A DNA stretch of 63,575 bases, filler included, from Octopus bimaculoides (Eukaryota): the NCBI RefSeq assembly GCF_001194135.2. It is 8 parts of 8 records of this genome, joined end to end, with 100 filler letters (N's around TTAATTAATTAA, not from the genome) between each part and the next. Parts side by side here need not be neighbours in the genome. Positions count along the whole stretch, not along the records: positions 1 to 20,251 come from NC_068982.1; 7 more parts are not named here. The stretch is one strand, 5' to 3'. Below the pieces are notes generated by a model. It ran no database searches and was not told the DNA's origin. It saw nothing but the letters and a program-made list of their open reading frames with translations. The position numbers and the translations under genes are program-made. Every line of letters starts with the position of its first letter. Position 1 is the stretch's first letter. This document shows, piece after piece, positions 1 to 13,356 of the stretch.

Positions 1-750
1 ATATATATATATATATATATAGGGCAGAGAATTATCAATTAATTAATAATCAACAAGTACAGAACGTAAGACAGACGAAATACCGTCCGGCGTGCTAACG
101 TTTTTGCCAGCTCACCGCTTTAATTTGTTTCATAATAAGATATGTTACTAACATTTTTCTTGGTTTTCCACTACCGCATGGCTTTTAAATGAATTTAACA
201 TGATTTACGCTGCTGCAAGTTTTGGAAAAGATTTACAATCTGAATGTAATTTCAATTTTTCTCATCAGTCATGGAAAATCTGAAAAGATTTTAAACGTTA
301 ACTTCCATTAAGTCATTAAAGTGAAACCATTGAACCTAAATATCGCATTTTAAACAATTAACTACTTCAACGGAATAAATTATCGACGGAAAGTATGAAC
401 AGAATATTTATAGTAAAAAATTACCATGGCGTAACTGTTAGTATATATCCTTGTGATGAAGCGGACGAGTCATTTAGTTAAGCAGACGCTAAATAGTATC
501 TAAAAAGGAGTAGATTGGCGGAATCGTTAGAGCGTCAGACAAAAATGACTTGCTGCCCTTTTCGTTCTGAATTCAAATCCCAGTAATGTAACCTTCGCTG
601 CTCATCTTTTTCTAGTCATAAAATATAGCACCTATCAAATGTGTGGTAAGTATATTTAACTCATCCCTTCTTCCTAATCTGTGGTCATGTGCCTGTGATT
701 AGATAACAATGCATTTATATGTTTGTACGTGTGTGTGTGTGTGTGTGTGT

Positions 751-1134
751 GGAGGCGAAATGACCCAGTGGTTAGGGCAGCGGCCTCGCGGTCATAGGAT
801 CGCGGTTCGATTCCCAGACCGGGCGTTGTGAGTGTTTATTGAGCGAAAACACCTAAAGCTCCACGAGGCTCCAGCAGGGGATGGTGGCGAACCCTGCTGT
901 ACTCTTTCATCACAACTTTCTCTTACTCTTACTTCCCGCTTCTGTTGTGCCTGTAATTCAAAGGGTCAGCCTTGTCACACTGTGTCACGCTGAACATCCC
1001 CGAGAACTACGTTAAGGGTGCACGTGTCTGTGGCGTGCTCAGCCACTTGCACGTTAATTTCACGAGCAGGTTGTTCCGTTGATCGGATCAACTGGAACCC
1101 TCGACGTCGTAAGCGACGGAGTGCCAACAACAAC
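751..1134 (+). mobile_element. Full-length tRNA-derived SINE (type C) inserted in a (GT)n tract
   Basis: tRNA-like head GGAGGCGAAATGACCCAGTGGTTAG...GGTTCGATTCCC with A- and B-box-like motifs, unique body, (CAA)n tail; (GT)n on both flanks. Confidence 0.8.
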
Positions 1135-1329
1135 GTGTGTGTGTATGAATTCATAGAAAGCTTCATTGTTTAAAACGTTACGGTATAGTTTTAGGTATAT
1201 GTCACAGCTATTTCTAGCAGATCGAGTGATGATGTAAATAAGTTCTTATGATGATTGGACGAAGGGGAACGTTGTTACTGTTGTTGTTTAATTCCCGGTC
1301 AATCTAGATCTCGAAGACCTATTTTTTTT

Positions 1330-1695
1330 TCTCTTACTTGTTTCAGTCCTTTGACTGCAGCCATGCTGGAGCACCGCCTTGAAGGTTCTTTTTTTCTCGA
1401 ACAAATCTACGCCATGACTTACTTTTTAAGCCTAGTAATTATTCTATCAGTTTCTTTTGCCGAACCGCTAAGTTACGGAGACATAAACAAACCGGCACCA
1501 GTTGTCAAGCTGCGATGAGAACACACACACACACACACACACACATGCTCGACGGGCTCCTTTTATTTTCCTTCTATCAAATCCATTCACAAGGCTTTGA
1601 TCGGTCCGAGGCTATAGTAGAAGATACTTGCCCAAGGGGACCGAACTCGGAACTATGTGATTGGGAAGCAAGCTTCTTACCACATACCTGCACTA
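1330..1695 (-). mobile_element. tRNA-derived SINE (type B), diverged copy
   Basis: Reverse complement matches the 4937-5338 copy (cttgggcaagtatcttctactatagcctcggaccg..., internal CA microsatellite, ggtgctccagcatggc tail). Confidence 0.8.
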
Positions 1696-2961
1696 TGATC
1701 AAAGATGATCCGCAACTTCGTCTTTTTCTTAGAAAATGTTCCCGGGACTGCATTATTAAATGGGTTCTTGCCGTTTTAAAATAATACAGAGTGATTTCAG
1801 GGCGATTAAGTTGAAATTTCATCCTTAAACATGTGCAAGGATGAACTTATATTTCTATCGAGTAATACACCATGTTTGTTCCGGAATTATGTTGTCATTT
1901 GAACTTGATCTCATTAGGCGCTGCTTATTGAGCTGAAGCTATCTAGTCACAGGCTCTTCCCGCTCAAGTGCAAATGAACCAACCAAGAAACATCTACTTG
2001 GTCGCTAGACTTGCTGAAATTAACAACCATAATTCTTACAATCTGCGGATACACTAAGGGTCCGTAAGTTGTATTCTAAATTTCAAAAGCTTGTCGTGTG
2101 AAAAGTATAACTACTCAGTTAATTAGCTATTTCTTTTGAGGGGAGAAAATGTGAAAACAAACTTGTTGTAATTTCATATCGGCTTATTGAGTGAAAAGAA
2201 CTTTGAAAACTCTGAGAGTTTGTTGGAACATTCATTTAAATAAAAGGAATCCGTGTTACTGAAATGATTGTGAAGAGACTGCTCTGTATCTAAAAGCGAA
2301 ATACTGTAAAAAATGTTGACCAAACAGAATGGTCGCGGCTAGAGTACCTTTGAACGAGTGTCAACTCGATCAGGGTTAATTAGGTAGGAGAGGGTTAATA
2401 AACAACAACATCAATCCCACTGATGATTTGACTTATCTAAGAAGACTTTGGGTAAATAATTAAGTAATTATAATAAAAATTACAACTTTAGCGAGAACAG
2501 TTATTTTCTAAACGACTAATTCTGTTCTGAAATAGAAAAAAAAAGTGGAGTGGGAGCAATTTTGGTGAAAATGTAACAGCAGCAAATCTACATAAGCAAA
2601 TATAGGGAATTAAGAAAAATACATGTTAATAAATATGATTTATCTATTACTTTATTGATGATAGCAAGGTGGGTTATAAAAAACGAATTAACTATTTAAA
2701 TCTATAAATAATTTAGAATTTCTGCCTCGGGAATTAAATATTTCAGATATTTTTTATGTCCTTCATTCCCTATTTTTTGGCAAGTGTATCACATAGCTAA
2801 AAGTACACATAGCCTACACAAACACTAAACTTTTGAGTAAAGAAGTATAGTATTATGAAATTTTCTGCCAAAGACTGTCACTAATGGTATTGGAAATTGA
2901 GGGAATGTCTGCTAATTATAAGATTATACGTATAAGCGCTAAATAATATAAATTTACTCAC

Positions 2962-2979
2962 ATGAGAAGAATACACTGA
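2962..2979 (-). CDS. Candidate isolated 18-nt micro-exon (TCAGTGTATTCTTCTCAT)
   Basis: Minus strand: tttatttcttttttattttag acceptor, gtgagt donor, length 3n, open in all three frames; no gene assignment. Confidence 0.4.
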
Positions 2980-3799
2980 CTAAAATAAAAAAGAAATAAA
3001 TAGATGAAATATAAATGATCAAAAAATACATATACAAACATATAAACAAACAGCTAGATGCATGCTATATGTACACACACACACAGTTCATTAAATAAGG
3101 ACAAACTAGATATTGATTTTTTATATTGGCACTAGCCTATGCACATTCACAGATGGTAGGTGGTTCGAGTTATGCACAAATTAACGAAAGATCCTCTTCA
3201 TAACTGAGGAGGAAAGAAATAAAGTTGTAACCTAGAACTATTTGAATTTGACACGTAGCTAAATATGCCAGGTATTTAGTATAGTCTTCATCATTTAATT
3301 CTGCCTGCCATTGCCTTTACTTAACCACTTACAATAAAATATCTTTTTATGTTCATTATATTTACAGAAAATATTACTATTACGAGCTCAGTAGATTTGT
3401 AGACATGTTAAAGCATTGGAAATAATGTCTAGCTGTATGTAGTTTAGGTTCTTTCCGTTCTTAGCTCAAATCTCATTAAAGTTAACTTTAGCTTTCACTC
3501 TTTCGGGGTCGATGAAGTATGAGTCAAGTACTAAAATCAGTTTCATCGACTAGCCTGCTCCTCTTAAATTTGTTGGTCTTGTGTCTAATTCAGGAACATT
3601 TTTTGGTTTCTGACAGCCAGACATTAAAAAAGTTGCTCGGCGATTTTTAAGTATAAGCAGAAGTAATTTTTATTTTGGATCTTATTTCTCATGGGATTCC
3701 TTTTTAGAACGTCAGCCACTGACTGGATTTAAACCAAAGGCTGGTTTTCTAAAATATGTATATTACCTTTTACCTCTTAAAGCTAAGCGTAAAATGGCT

Positions 3800-6260
3800 T
3801 CTCTTTCAGGATACACCACAAAGGAAAATTACATTAAACAAAGCAAAACGACTAGAAAAAAGTAAAATAAATAATGATCATATAAAAAAGATGACAGGAA
3901 GTGAAAAATAACATGCTAGCAGAAAATATAAACAGCATAACAGACGACATGTTTAACAACAACAGCAGTGTACATGCACGAATAACATCAAACCGAAATG
4001 GTCAGAACAATGAAATGTCATTTTGAATAAAAACGCCTGAATATGGAAAACTTAACTGAAAATAAACCCAAAGCTTGGCAGAATTTTCTTCACATGACAA
4101 GCGTCAGTCTTCTAAAATACATCAAAGAGCTACGCGAGGGGAGGAGATAACCTTTGACAAAGCCACGGGAAGCTTCCTTTGTTCTATTCACGGATTTTAA
4201 GACAGTTCTGGCAGATATTTTGAGGGAAATCTCCATTATTGAAACATGGAGGGCGTATGACACTATTTATCATATCTTTAAAACAGAGAACAGTGTTAGG
4301 GTGTAAACACAGATTATCAGAAACTCATACGTCAATTATTTTCAAAATATTTTGTGAGAAGTTTAAGGATGCCTGTCAGTGATAGATGATGACGTCGACC
4401 ACCGGCTAGTCGCTACGTTTGTAACACAGTAGAGTAAGACGGTCAGTTCTGACTTAACATTTGGCGATAGGTGGCTCGGTGAGGCTGCTGTGGTTATAAA
4501 AGTCCTCGTAACCCCACAAAATCAGAAAACAATGCAACGTTGTACTAAGAACACCGTCAAAGTCAGCATCCAAAGCAGATTTTCCAGCAGTTACATGTGT
4601 GGCAGTAAAAGCCATTTAAGGGCTTTTTGTCTAAAAAGCCTAAAAGATAAAAAAAAAGCAATGAAAAGAAGGACAGATCATGCAGATCGTTGGGCCTAAG
4701 GCGACACGAAGCACAAAACAACAGTCGGCAAAAAAGAATTCCTTTATCCTTATTTCCATGAAGTAATACATATCCCAACCTTACTGAGCAGAGACAATTA
4801 GAGTCATCAACAGTATTAACAAAAACTGCGGGAATTAAACGGCCAAGGAGCACCCAATCGCAGCAGTGTCGCCCCATCTACTTATGAGGCTGGAGACTAA
4901 ACTTCGGCAGACTTTTCCCAGGAAACATAACAGATAGGCGTAGGAGTGGTTGTGTGGTAAGTAGCTTGCTTACCAACCACATGGTTCCGGGTTCAGTCCC
5001 ACTGCGCGGCACCTTAGGCAAGTGTCTTCTACTATAGCCTCGGGCCATCCAAAGCCTTGTGAGTGGATTTTGTAGACGGAAACTGAAAGAAGCCCGTCGT
5101 ATATATGTATGTATACATATGTATGTGTGTGTGTTTGCGTGTCTGTATTTGTCCCCCCAACATCACTTGACAACCGATGCTGGTGTGTTTACGTCCCCGT
5201 AACTTAGCGGTTCGGCAAAAGAGACCGATAGAATAAGTACTAGGCTTCCAAAGAATAAGTCCTGGGGTCGATTTGTTCGACTAAAGGTGGTGCTCCAGCA
5301 TGGCCACAGTCAAATGATTGAAACAAGTAAAGAGAGAGATCCAAAGAAAGCATTCGAAAAAAAAGCAAAAATCAATTCGTGAGGTGGGGTACACTTTTCT
5401 TGAGGAAGAGATTCACTTCTGTGATGATCCCATTTATGCAAGAGATCCTATCTCTTGCATAGATGAGCACTTCTCTCGCGAAGCAGGACCTGTATCTTAT
5501 GAAAGGGAACCCATGTCATGTGATAAGGAACCAACTCCAATCGACATGAATTTATCTTCATAGCTGATCGAAAGGCCAACAATGATGCAATAAAACCAAT
5601 AGAGGAAATGCATGTGAGCGACCCCATCGTAGAATTTTGATCCGATCCCCACTGATCGGGCAGGGATGGGATGAAAATACAATGATAAAAATGTGATAAA
5701 ATATTTGTAAAAGTTCTCTGATATACCATTTTCATGTCAACTATCCAAAGGGCATTACTCCACACAAGTTTTGTATAGTTAAGCAACTATCCCGGAGGAC
5801 TGTGGAATTACCAGAGTCAAGAAGTACAGGGAGGAAGTGGAGATGCATCTAGAGAGTAAACGTAATCAAGGAGGGCACGATCAACAAGAGCCGGCATGGC
5901 CACAAAAATTATAAAGATATTGTAGCTGATTCAGTCCTACGTAGTGCAGAATTGCGGAAGAGTAACAGACTTAGAAGACCTAGGTGTGATTTCACTCATT
6001 GATATAAAAAATGTTGCAAGGAATTTTGTCCAGCGATCGATAACTGATTGTGCTTATCCGCAGCGTGAATGCTGGGTTGGTAAGGAGCGCAGATTCTGTT
6101 TATGCGAGAGAACTGAGTATATAGTCAGATGAGAACTTGCGAGAATATTATAAAGGACATTTTAGGACCCCTTGGAGCAATTGCAAGAGATTTTCAAAAG
6201 TGCGTATAATCACCTTGTTTAACGTACAACGGAGCACCCTTCAGTGTACGATCAGTCTAA
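3800..6260 (+). mobile_element. Heavily decayed coding-like element with a gag-type zinc-knuckle remnant, possibly LINE ORF1; interrupted by a SINE at 4937-5338
   Basis: Purine-rich long frames with scattered stops; S-YMC-GSKS-H-LRAF-C at 4589-4630 is a CX2CX4HX4C knuckle whose first Cys codon reads AGT instead of TGT. Confidence 0.35.
4937..5338 (+). mobile_element. Full-length tRNA-derived SINE (type B) with internal TA/TG microsatellite
   Basis: Head gtgtggtaagtagcttgc...gggttcagtccc, CORE-like ggcaccttaggcaagtgtctt, internal (TA)(TG) tract, conserved tail; several other copies in the window. Confidence 0.9.
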
Positions 6261-7832
6261 ATTTTAAAGCCATTTACGCAAAACCATAACAATTTTAATC
6301 GTCTTGAATGGCTTTTCAAACAAATATTTTATAAGGACTGAAAAAGGCGCAAAACTATTTAACGGAGCATGAGGTTTAAACCAAGATTCCGATATCAATG
6401 TAAGGCAGCAGCAATTCCAAGAAAGTATTTCAATTTTGATTTCTGATACCGAGAGAAGGCCACACGTACGTACGCACGCGCGCGCACACACACACATACA
6501 CACACACACACATCTTAAAGATAGGATTAAACCAACCCGAGTAGTGAATTATTACCTATTTCATCTCAGCTGAATCAAGGTGAGTGGTGCAAGTTAAAAA
6601 CCTAACGAAACAGTGCCAGTGATTTAGTGCAGTGTTTACGTGAATTAGGTCACAGATCGACAGAATTAGAAAAATTACCATGCCATATGTAGATATTTCA
6701 CTTTGCATTTTCGGAACGAATTCCTCCGGAGTCAACTTTGTCTTTCTTTCTTCCAACTGCTTTTAAAATATTTAAAATAAGGTAACCAAATATTAAGGTT
6801 GCTTTAATCGACGGTAAACACTCCCAAGAAATTGTGATCTTGTGCTAAAATTAGAAATATTTAATACCAAATAATTTTAGCTTGATAGGAGAAACAGTTA
6901 AGGATACTAAACCTTCACGTTACTATACATAGACTTGACAATACTTCGGTTCGAATCCTATCTAAATTAAATAGCATCTCCAGAGTGTGGGAAATCTACA
7001 CTTCTCTTCCTAAATAATCAATAAAATCTAAGTTTTCAAACCAAGTAAAATCAGAACAATTGTTCGATAACATTACTGTCTTTTTCATAAACACATTGTC
7101 TATTATATTTCATAGAAACATCATGGAGTATGTTAACCTACATGCAGATGGCCAGCATAATATTCAGATCGAGAAACCAATGAGAAGCAATTATATTCTT
7201 AAAGGAGAACCTGGCACATTCATTGTATCATAGAAATTCATTGTTCCTATATTGCGTACTAAGTGTATTAAGCTACTATATTTTATATGATTTATTGAAG
7301 TATTGAATAAAGATGATAGCGTTATTGAATTTTCTGATTAACAATATTATAGCTCGAAATGTTGAGTCAATTAAACCCTGAAAATGATAGATGAAGAGAT
7401 ATCAAATTAGTTTTCTTAGTCTAGGAAGCCCCCTATGTTGTAAATGTAGTCATTTGAATTATGGTGGTACCAATAAACCAGTTAAAAATGACTTAGTTTG
7501 AGTAGTTCTTAGTAACGTTGTTGTTGCTACTGCTGCTGTCGTTGTTGATGTTATTACGAAAGTGGCAACAAGACCGTCTGTCAACGTCGGAAGATTACAA
7601 TTTATTACCCCCAATTAAACGAATGATAATAATTCATAAATAGAGAAGAGCGGTGGGCTGGAAGAACCATTAGAGTGTCAGACAAGAAAACAAAGTTCAG
7701 TTCTGTTAACCTGTCTGTTTCTTCGTCTCTCTCACTCTCTCTCTCTCTCTCTCACTCTGTCTCTCTCTCTCTCTCTCTCTCTCTTTTTCTCTCTCTTTAT
7801 ATGTCTGTCTGTCTATCTGTATATATATATAT

Positions 7833-8190
7833 GTCATCACCTCGGTGAGGCCCAATGTACGAAGGTCTTGCCTCACCACCTCAGCCCAGGTCTTCCTGGG
7901 CCTACCTCTTCCATGGGTTCCCTCAACTGTTAGGGTGTGGCACTTTTTCATGCAGCTATCCTCATCCATTCTCACCACATGTCCATACCAGCGCAATCGT
8001 CTCTCTTGCACACCACAACTGATGCTTCTAATGTTCAGCTTTTCTCTCAAGATACTTACACTCTGACGGGTATTCACATTGACATTACACATCCAACGGA
8101 GCATACTGGCTTCATTCCTTGCGAGCTTACATATGTCCTCAGCAGTTACAGCCCATGTTTCACTGCCATGTAGCATGGCTGTTCGTACAC
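7833..8190 (-). mobile_element. RTE-clade LINE, fragment of the RT C-terminal region
   Basis: Translates RTAMLHGSETW...RRLRWYGHVVRM...GRGRPRKTW, typical of RTE ORF2. Confidence 0.9.
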
Positions 8191-8269
8191 ATATATATAT
8201 TAGTTTTAGTCTGAGGACTGCGGCCATACTGAGGCATCGCCTTCTACCTCGCTACACTTTCACTAAACC

Positions 8270-8625
8270 TCCTCTGAGGTGTGACATTTAGTGGGTTAGA
8301 GAGTTTGATGTTGCTGCCCTCACCTGTGTTTCTCGCCTTCAAGTAGGTTCTTCCGAAACTCTTGACAGGAGATCCAGTTTTGTTTTGAAGAAGCCTACAT
8401 CCACGCCATACAGGTCTCTCAGGCTTTGTGGGAGGATATTAAAGAGGGGTGGGCCCAATCTGACTGACATTGCTGTCCTCGTCTGTGCTTCTTGCCTTAA
8501 GGTCGGTTCATCTGGAACTTTTGACAGAAGGAGATCCAGTTTTGCTTTGAAGAGGCCTACATCCACGCCATGCAGGTCTCTCGGGCTTTGTGGGAGGATA
8601 TTGAAGAGCTGTAAAGCGGTGGCAT
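8270..8625 (-). mobile_element. CR1-like LINE 3' fragment with an internal tandem duplication of about 160 bp
   Basis: GPPLFNILPQSLRDLYGVDVGFFKTKLDLL...EEPT occurs twice (near 8363 and 8523). Confidence 0.75.
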
Positions 8626-10755
8626 TATTCTAGTAATCTTAACCGCATGATCACTCACTGACTCAAGCATTTATTCGATGTATATTTATTTTTCGTTATG
8701 ACGATCAAATAAATTACCATCTCACATATTGAGCTACAAATAGGTTACACAGGAAATAGCAACCAAATATGCCCTCAAATCTTAACAAAAACGGAAGATA
8801 ATGTATGCTGACTGAAGAAAGAAGAAACCACAACGACGGTCATGATCTGAATGTTCTTGATCATAAATTTACTAGATCAGGATTGTCTTAGAGCTAACAA
8901 AAACAACAGAAACATGTTTCGGTCGTGGTTAAGAATACAAAGCTCAGTACCAGCAATGTGATATGATAGAATACCCAACTGTGTAAAACAATGAACTCTA
9001 TCGTTCCAAATCAAAGTTTCCCTTCGAATTGCAATACACATTTTATTTTACACATTTATAGACTCAGTCCCTCGTCATTCATACTACAAATAATGATACA
9101 TATGTATTTATTTATGCAAGTTTATTTAGTCTTCACTCCTTTTATACAAGAGTTACCACGGTTAATATATGTTCCTCGAATCATTGCAGTAAATTCTAAT
9201 CAGTTTCAGTAAGATCATTAATTTGAAAATATCAAAGACATTTACAGGAAACTTTTCATTTCCATCCGAAGAAAGGCCATGTTCCAAATTTTAGATTCCT
9301 TTCTTTCATAGAAGCTTAATTAAATCTACTTTGTGAAATTAATCCCTGAAAACCGTCAACTGTCTTATTGAGTATATATGCACAAACTAGATTTGATCTC
9401 GAATATTTATTTCAAAATACAATAATGTTCTTATCTACACAGTCTCTAACAACGATATATGGTTGGTATAAATGCTGTATATGAAAGGATAGGAGGATTT
9501 ATCGAAACAATCAATTTATCTTTGCAATTTTTTATGTACCTGTGAAAGGTCAGATTTTTATATTGGACGGGAGAGAGAGCAATGAGATTGTTTTTAATCT
9601 AATCTGAAATAGCTACAACCGTAAATTAAAGCAAAGCTGTGAATCTTTCTCTATTATGCTAAAGTTTTGGAGCTCATAAAGCTTAGACACATCTACGTAA
9701 TAGTTTGATAATAAACGGATGAGAATGGAAGTTTGCAAACTGACGCTTGTCTGCTGATCGTAACAATTTTAGAAGATCTGGTATTCTGCTACGGCTTTAG
9801 CAACTGGATTAAAAAATGCTTTGACGAGATACTAAAAGCAATTTAACAATATATTTACAACAGACATAACAGCATATCTGATAATATATACGATAACACT
9901 TATGTATCGATTATAATTGTTAAGAAGTTTGGGTAAAGTTACGTATGACAGATGGAGATGTATTAAAATGAATTGATAAAGTAAAAATTGTTTATACTTA
10001 TCACAGATTTTATTCAACCTTTACGAAGTTTTCACAACTACGGCGCATTAAAATTAAATACAAATATCTCTCAGTTTTTATTAAGAATCTCTTGTATAAT
10101 GCTTGTAGGCAGTTATAGTAGCCTCCAGCTAGATTGTATGAAAGGAGGAAGGTAATGATGTAAGGCTCCTACACGAATAAACTTAGTGTGGGTGTGTGTG
10201 AAAAACTAAATCTCACTGAAGGTGTTGAAAAGTAACATGAATTTATAGTTCTAAATTTGAATAGAATGTGATAAGCTCCATAAATTGGACTCTGTTTCAC
10301 CCAAAATGGTGACGAATTTAACAGTTGGCACAAATAAATTCTGAGTACAAATTTCGAGAATAATGGAAACAAACATGCAGATCGAGGCTTCGAGTCGTGG
10401 TTGCGAATTAAGTGTGTATCCACCACGTAACTTACATTTATATCCTAACAAGACATTACAACATATCTACTATATACTGACTTTATATCTGCACATATCT
10501 TGAATAGATGACGCTGCATAACCGGGATCATATCTAAAAAATATTTACAACAAATTTTCAACAGATTCGACAATCGATGCCTGATATATCTACAACATAC
10601 ATAATAACAGATCTGGCACGAAACATACAACAACGCATTTACAACATACCTATAACAATTGAAAACGGATCTTTAATAGATCTGACATCTGATTCATATT
10701 TACAACAATTCTGCAGTCCATTTGACAGCTTATCAAACACAACACTACAAATATA

Positions 10756-10884
10756 TATTTCTTTATTGCCCACATGGGGCAAAACATAGAGGGGACAAAC
10801 AAGGACAGACAAAGGGATTAAGTCGATTATTTCGACTCCAGTGCGTAACCGGTATTCATTTAATCGACCCCGAAAGGATGAAAG
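10756..10884 (-). mobile_element. 5'-truncated type A SINE (tail variant 2) with a 15-bp target-site duplication
   Basis: AACACTACAAATATA at 10741-10755 and 10885-10899; body matches the tail of 34371-34601. Confidence 0.85.
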
Positions 10885-11204
10885 AACACTACAAATATAA
10901 CAACATACCTACAGCAGGTCTGAAAACGTATATATATAGCATATATAAACTAACAACGTCGCCAGCACCTCTTTTGGTTTTTATCGAATCTACTAATATC
11001 AGAAATTATTGAAAATTAGTTTACCTTCAAACTTGTAATAATTAGTGGTCATAATTCAATACAAGGAGGGAGACATATACGTGTAAATCTATGAATATAT
11101 CTGAGGACGTTTTTCTTATGTAGGAGATGTGTATCCGTATTTACATCTAAATACCTTTTTATATGAAAAGTATAGACGAGAAAAAAAATTTTGTTTGGTT
11201 ATAC

Positions 11205-11470
11205 CGGTTTTAAATTTTGGCACAAGGCCAGCAATTTCGTGGGAGGGGACTAGTCGATTAGATGAACTACAGTACTCAACTGATACTTATTTTATCGACT
11301 CCGAAAGGATGAAAAGCAAAGTCGACTTCGGTGGAATTTGAACTCTGAACTTAAAGACAGACGAAATGCCGCTAAGTATTTTGCCCGGCGTGCTAACGAT
11401 AGCACGCCGGGTAAAAATACTTAGCGGCATTTCATCCGCGTTTCTATTCTGAGGTCAAATTCCGCCGAGG
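11205..11470. mobile_element. Two head-to-head type A SINE pieces forming a fold-back
   Basis: Minus copy 11205-11399 and plus copy 11400-11470; core stem 11363-11395 pairs with 11400-11433. Confidence 0.85.
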
Positions 11471-12267
11471 TTTGGTTATATTAACAAGTGCTATATAAAG
11501 GTTCGGTAAAGTAAAATTGTTGTTGTTGATGTTACTTTTAAGTCCCAAGTGACCTCTGAACAAGCAGACATGTGATGAAAGGCGTTCCAGCTTTGAGAAA
11601 GTAGTGTGTGTGGGATCTGAACGAAATTTGACTGTTATTTCGAGTGACAGTGCAGATGAGCGCTCGTTGGTTCCTGAACTAATTTTTTCCTGCAAGGGAA
11701 ATGCTACAAAAGAAACTATTCTATTTGGATTCTCGGTTGAAGATATTTAACTTACCGCCTGCTACTAATTTACTTGGACAAGACGTACACGTCTCAAAAT
11801 TTCATTATCTTTTATATATTTAAGAATACAGTATGTGCTTATGCCACGATTGTGTGTGTGTGTTACCAGGAAGAGGAGTAGAAAAAAAATAGCTGGACAG
11901 TTTCCCTCTAACTTCAGTAACTATAAAGTAGGTATAAGTGTTAAATGTAATGAGAGGGCAAAAGTTAATTTAGAGAGTTTTCTCTCTCTTAATGTGCGTC
12001 AAGGCAATACTTAACATTAATCTAAAGAAAAAAATTGAGTCCAGCATCACCATCCCCATCAGCATTACTATCAAAACAACTACTTCAAATATCAGGCTGC
12101 AAGTATATCTTAGCTTTCTGGCTTTCAAGAATATTTATTAATTGAAAGACCAAATGTGGGTCAGGAAATGGCCGGGCGTTTTAACAGCCAATGCAGATGA
12201 TAGATGATAAATGACAGGAAGATTTAATGAGATCAGTAGAAAGAGAGAATAAAGAAGATTGTAGTGG

Positions 12268-12450
12268 TGTTGATGATGATGATGACGACGACGACGACGA
12301 TGATAATGATTGTGATGATGGTGGTGGTGATGATGATGATGATGATGATGATCTCGACGGCAACGACAACGCTGACAACATCAATGAGGACGACAATGAT
12401 TACAATACTGCTGATGATGATGAGGATGAGGATGAGGATGAGGAGGATTA
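12268..12450. repeat. Compound (GAT/GAC/GAG)n microsatellite
   Basis: Direct reading of the sequence. Confidence 0.95.
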
Positions 12451-13356
12451 TGACGAAGAGAATACTGCTATGCTGTTGTTATTATTCAATTAGTTAGATG
12501 AAGTTGTGGGAAATTTTGGTCTTATTCTGTGATTAAAAACCTACTCAGTTTCAATTACTTGTAGCAGTAAAGCTGTGAATAGAATACGTTACACCGAGGG
12601 ATGAAGATAAAAGTTGTTCTTTCATCTCAGTATATTAAATAACTCATACTGTCTGTAGAAAACTGTAGATTTCTTGCGAAAGTGATAATCTCACAGATAA
12701 AATAGTAATCTATTGCTGGTACCTTTTCCATATAAACTTTGGTTTACTCAAAATGATCTCTCTCTTTTTCTCTCTCTCTATTTCTCTCTCTCTCTCACAC
12801 ACACAAACACACACACATATATATACATGCGTATATATGTGTATATGTGTGACAATTACGTCGAGGATGAATCATTTTCGCTATTTAAGAACTCACAAAA
12901 ATCTATTATATTCACTTTTCATTTATTTCTTGATGCTACAGTCTAGTATGAAGTATCAAAAGGTTTCGTTGCATTTCTGAGATCTAGCCATTCATAAAAT
13001 TCCACTGCATCTGTTGAAAACAGTTATTTGGGAGTTTTTATAAGCCTAGGGGACAATTTCTTTCTGTTTTTCCTTGTTACTCTATATTTTGTTTTCTTTT
13101 CACTACACTTTTCTCACTTTAATTTATTTTCATTAGTTTTATAAAAAGCAGCGTTTTACGCATTCGCAACCTCGTGTGAATGTGTATACAACTGATCCAA
13201 AACTGATGGAATTTATGTACTTCTACGGTGCATTGGTGTTATCCCACTCGAATTTAGAATTAAGAGTAGACTCATACTCACGTATGCAACTGATTCTACT
13301 TCTTGCATTACTATTACAATAATTCAGATATGTTTATGTTATCCGCCCTCTGTTGA

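Noticed and set aside
6570-6579. Plus-strand 10-nt micro-exon (ctcag|CTGAATCAAG|gtgagt)
   Set aside because: It is not 3n, lies in what looks like a decayed type A SINE, and has no partner exons.
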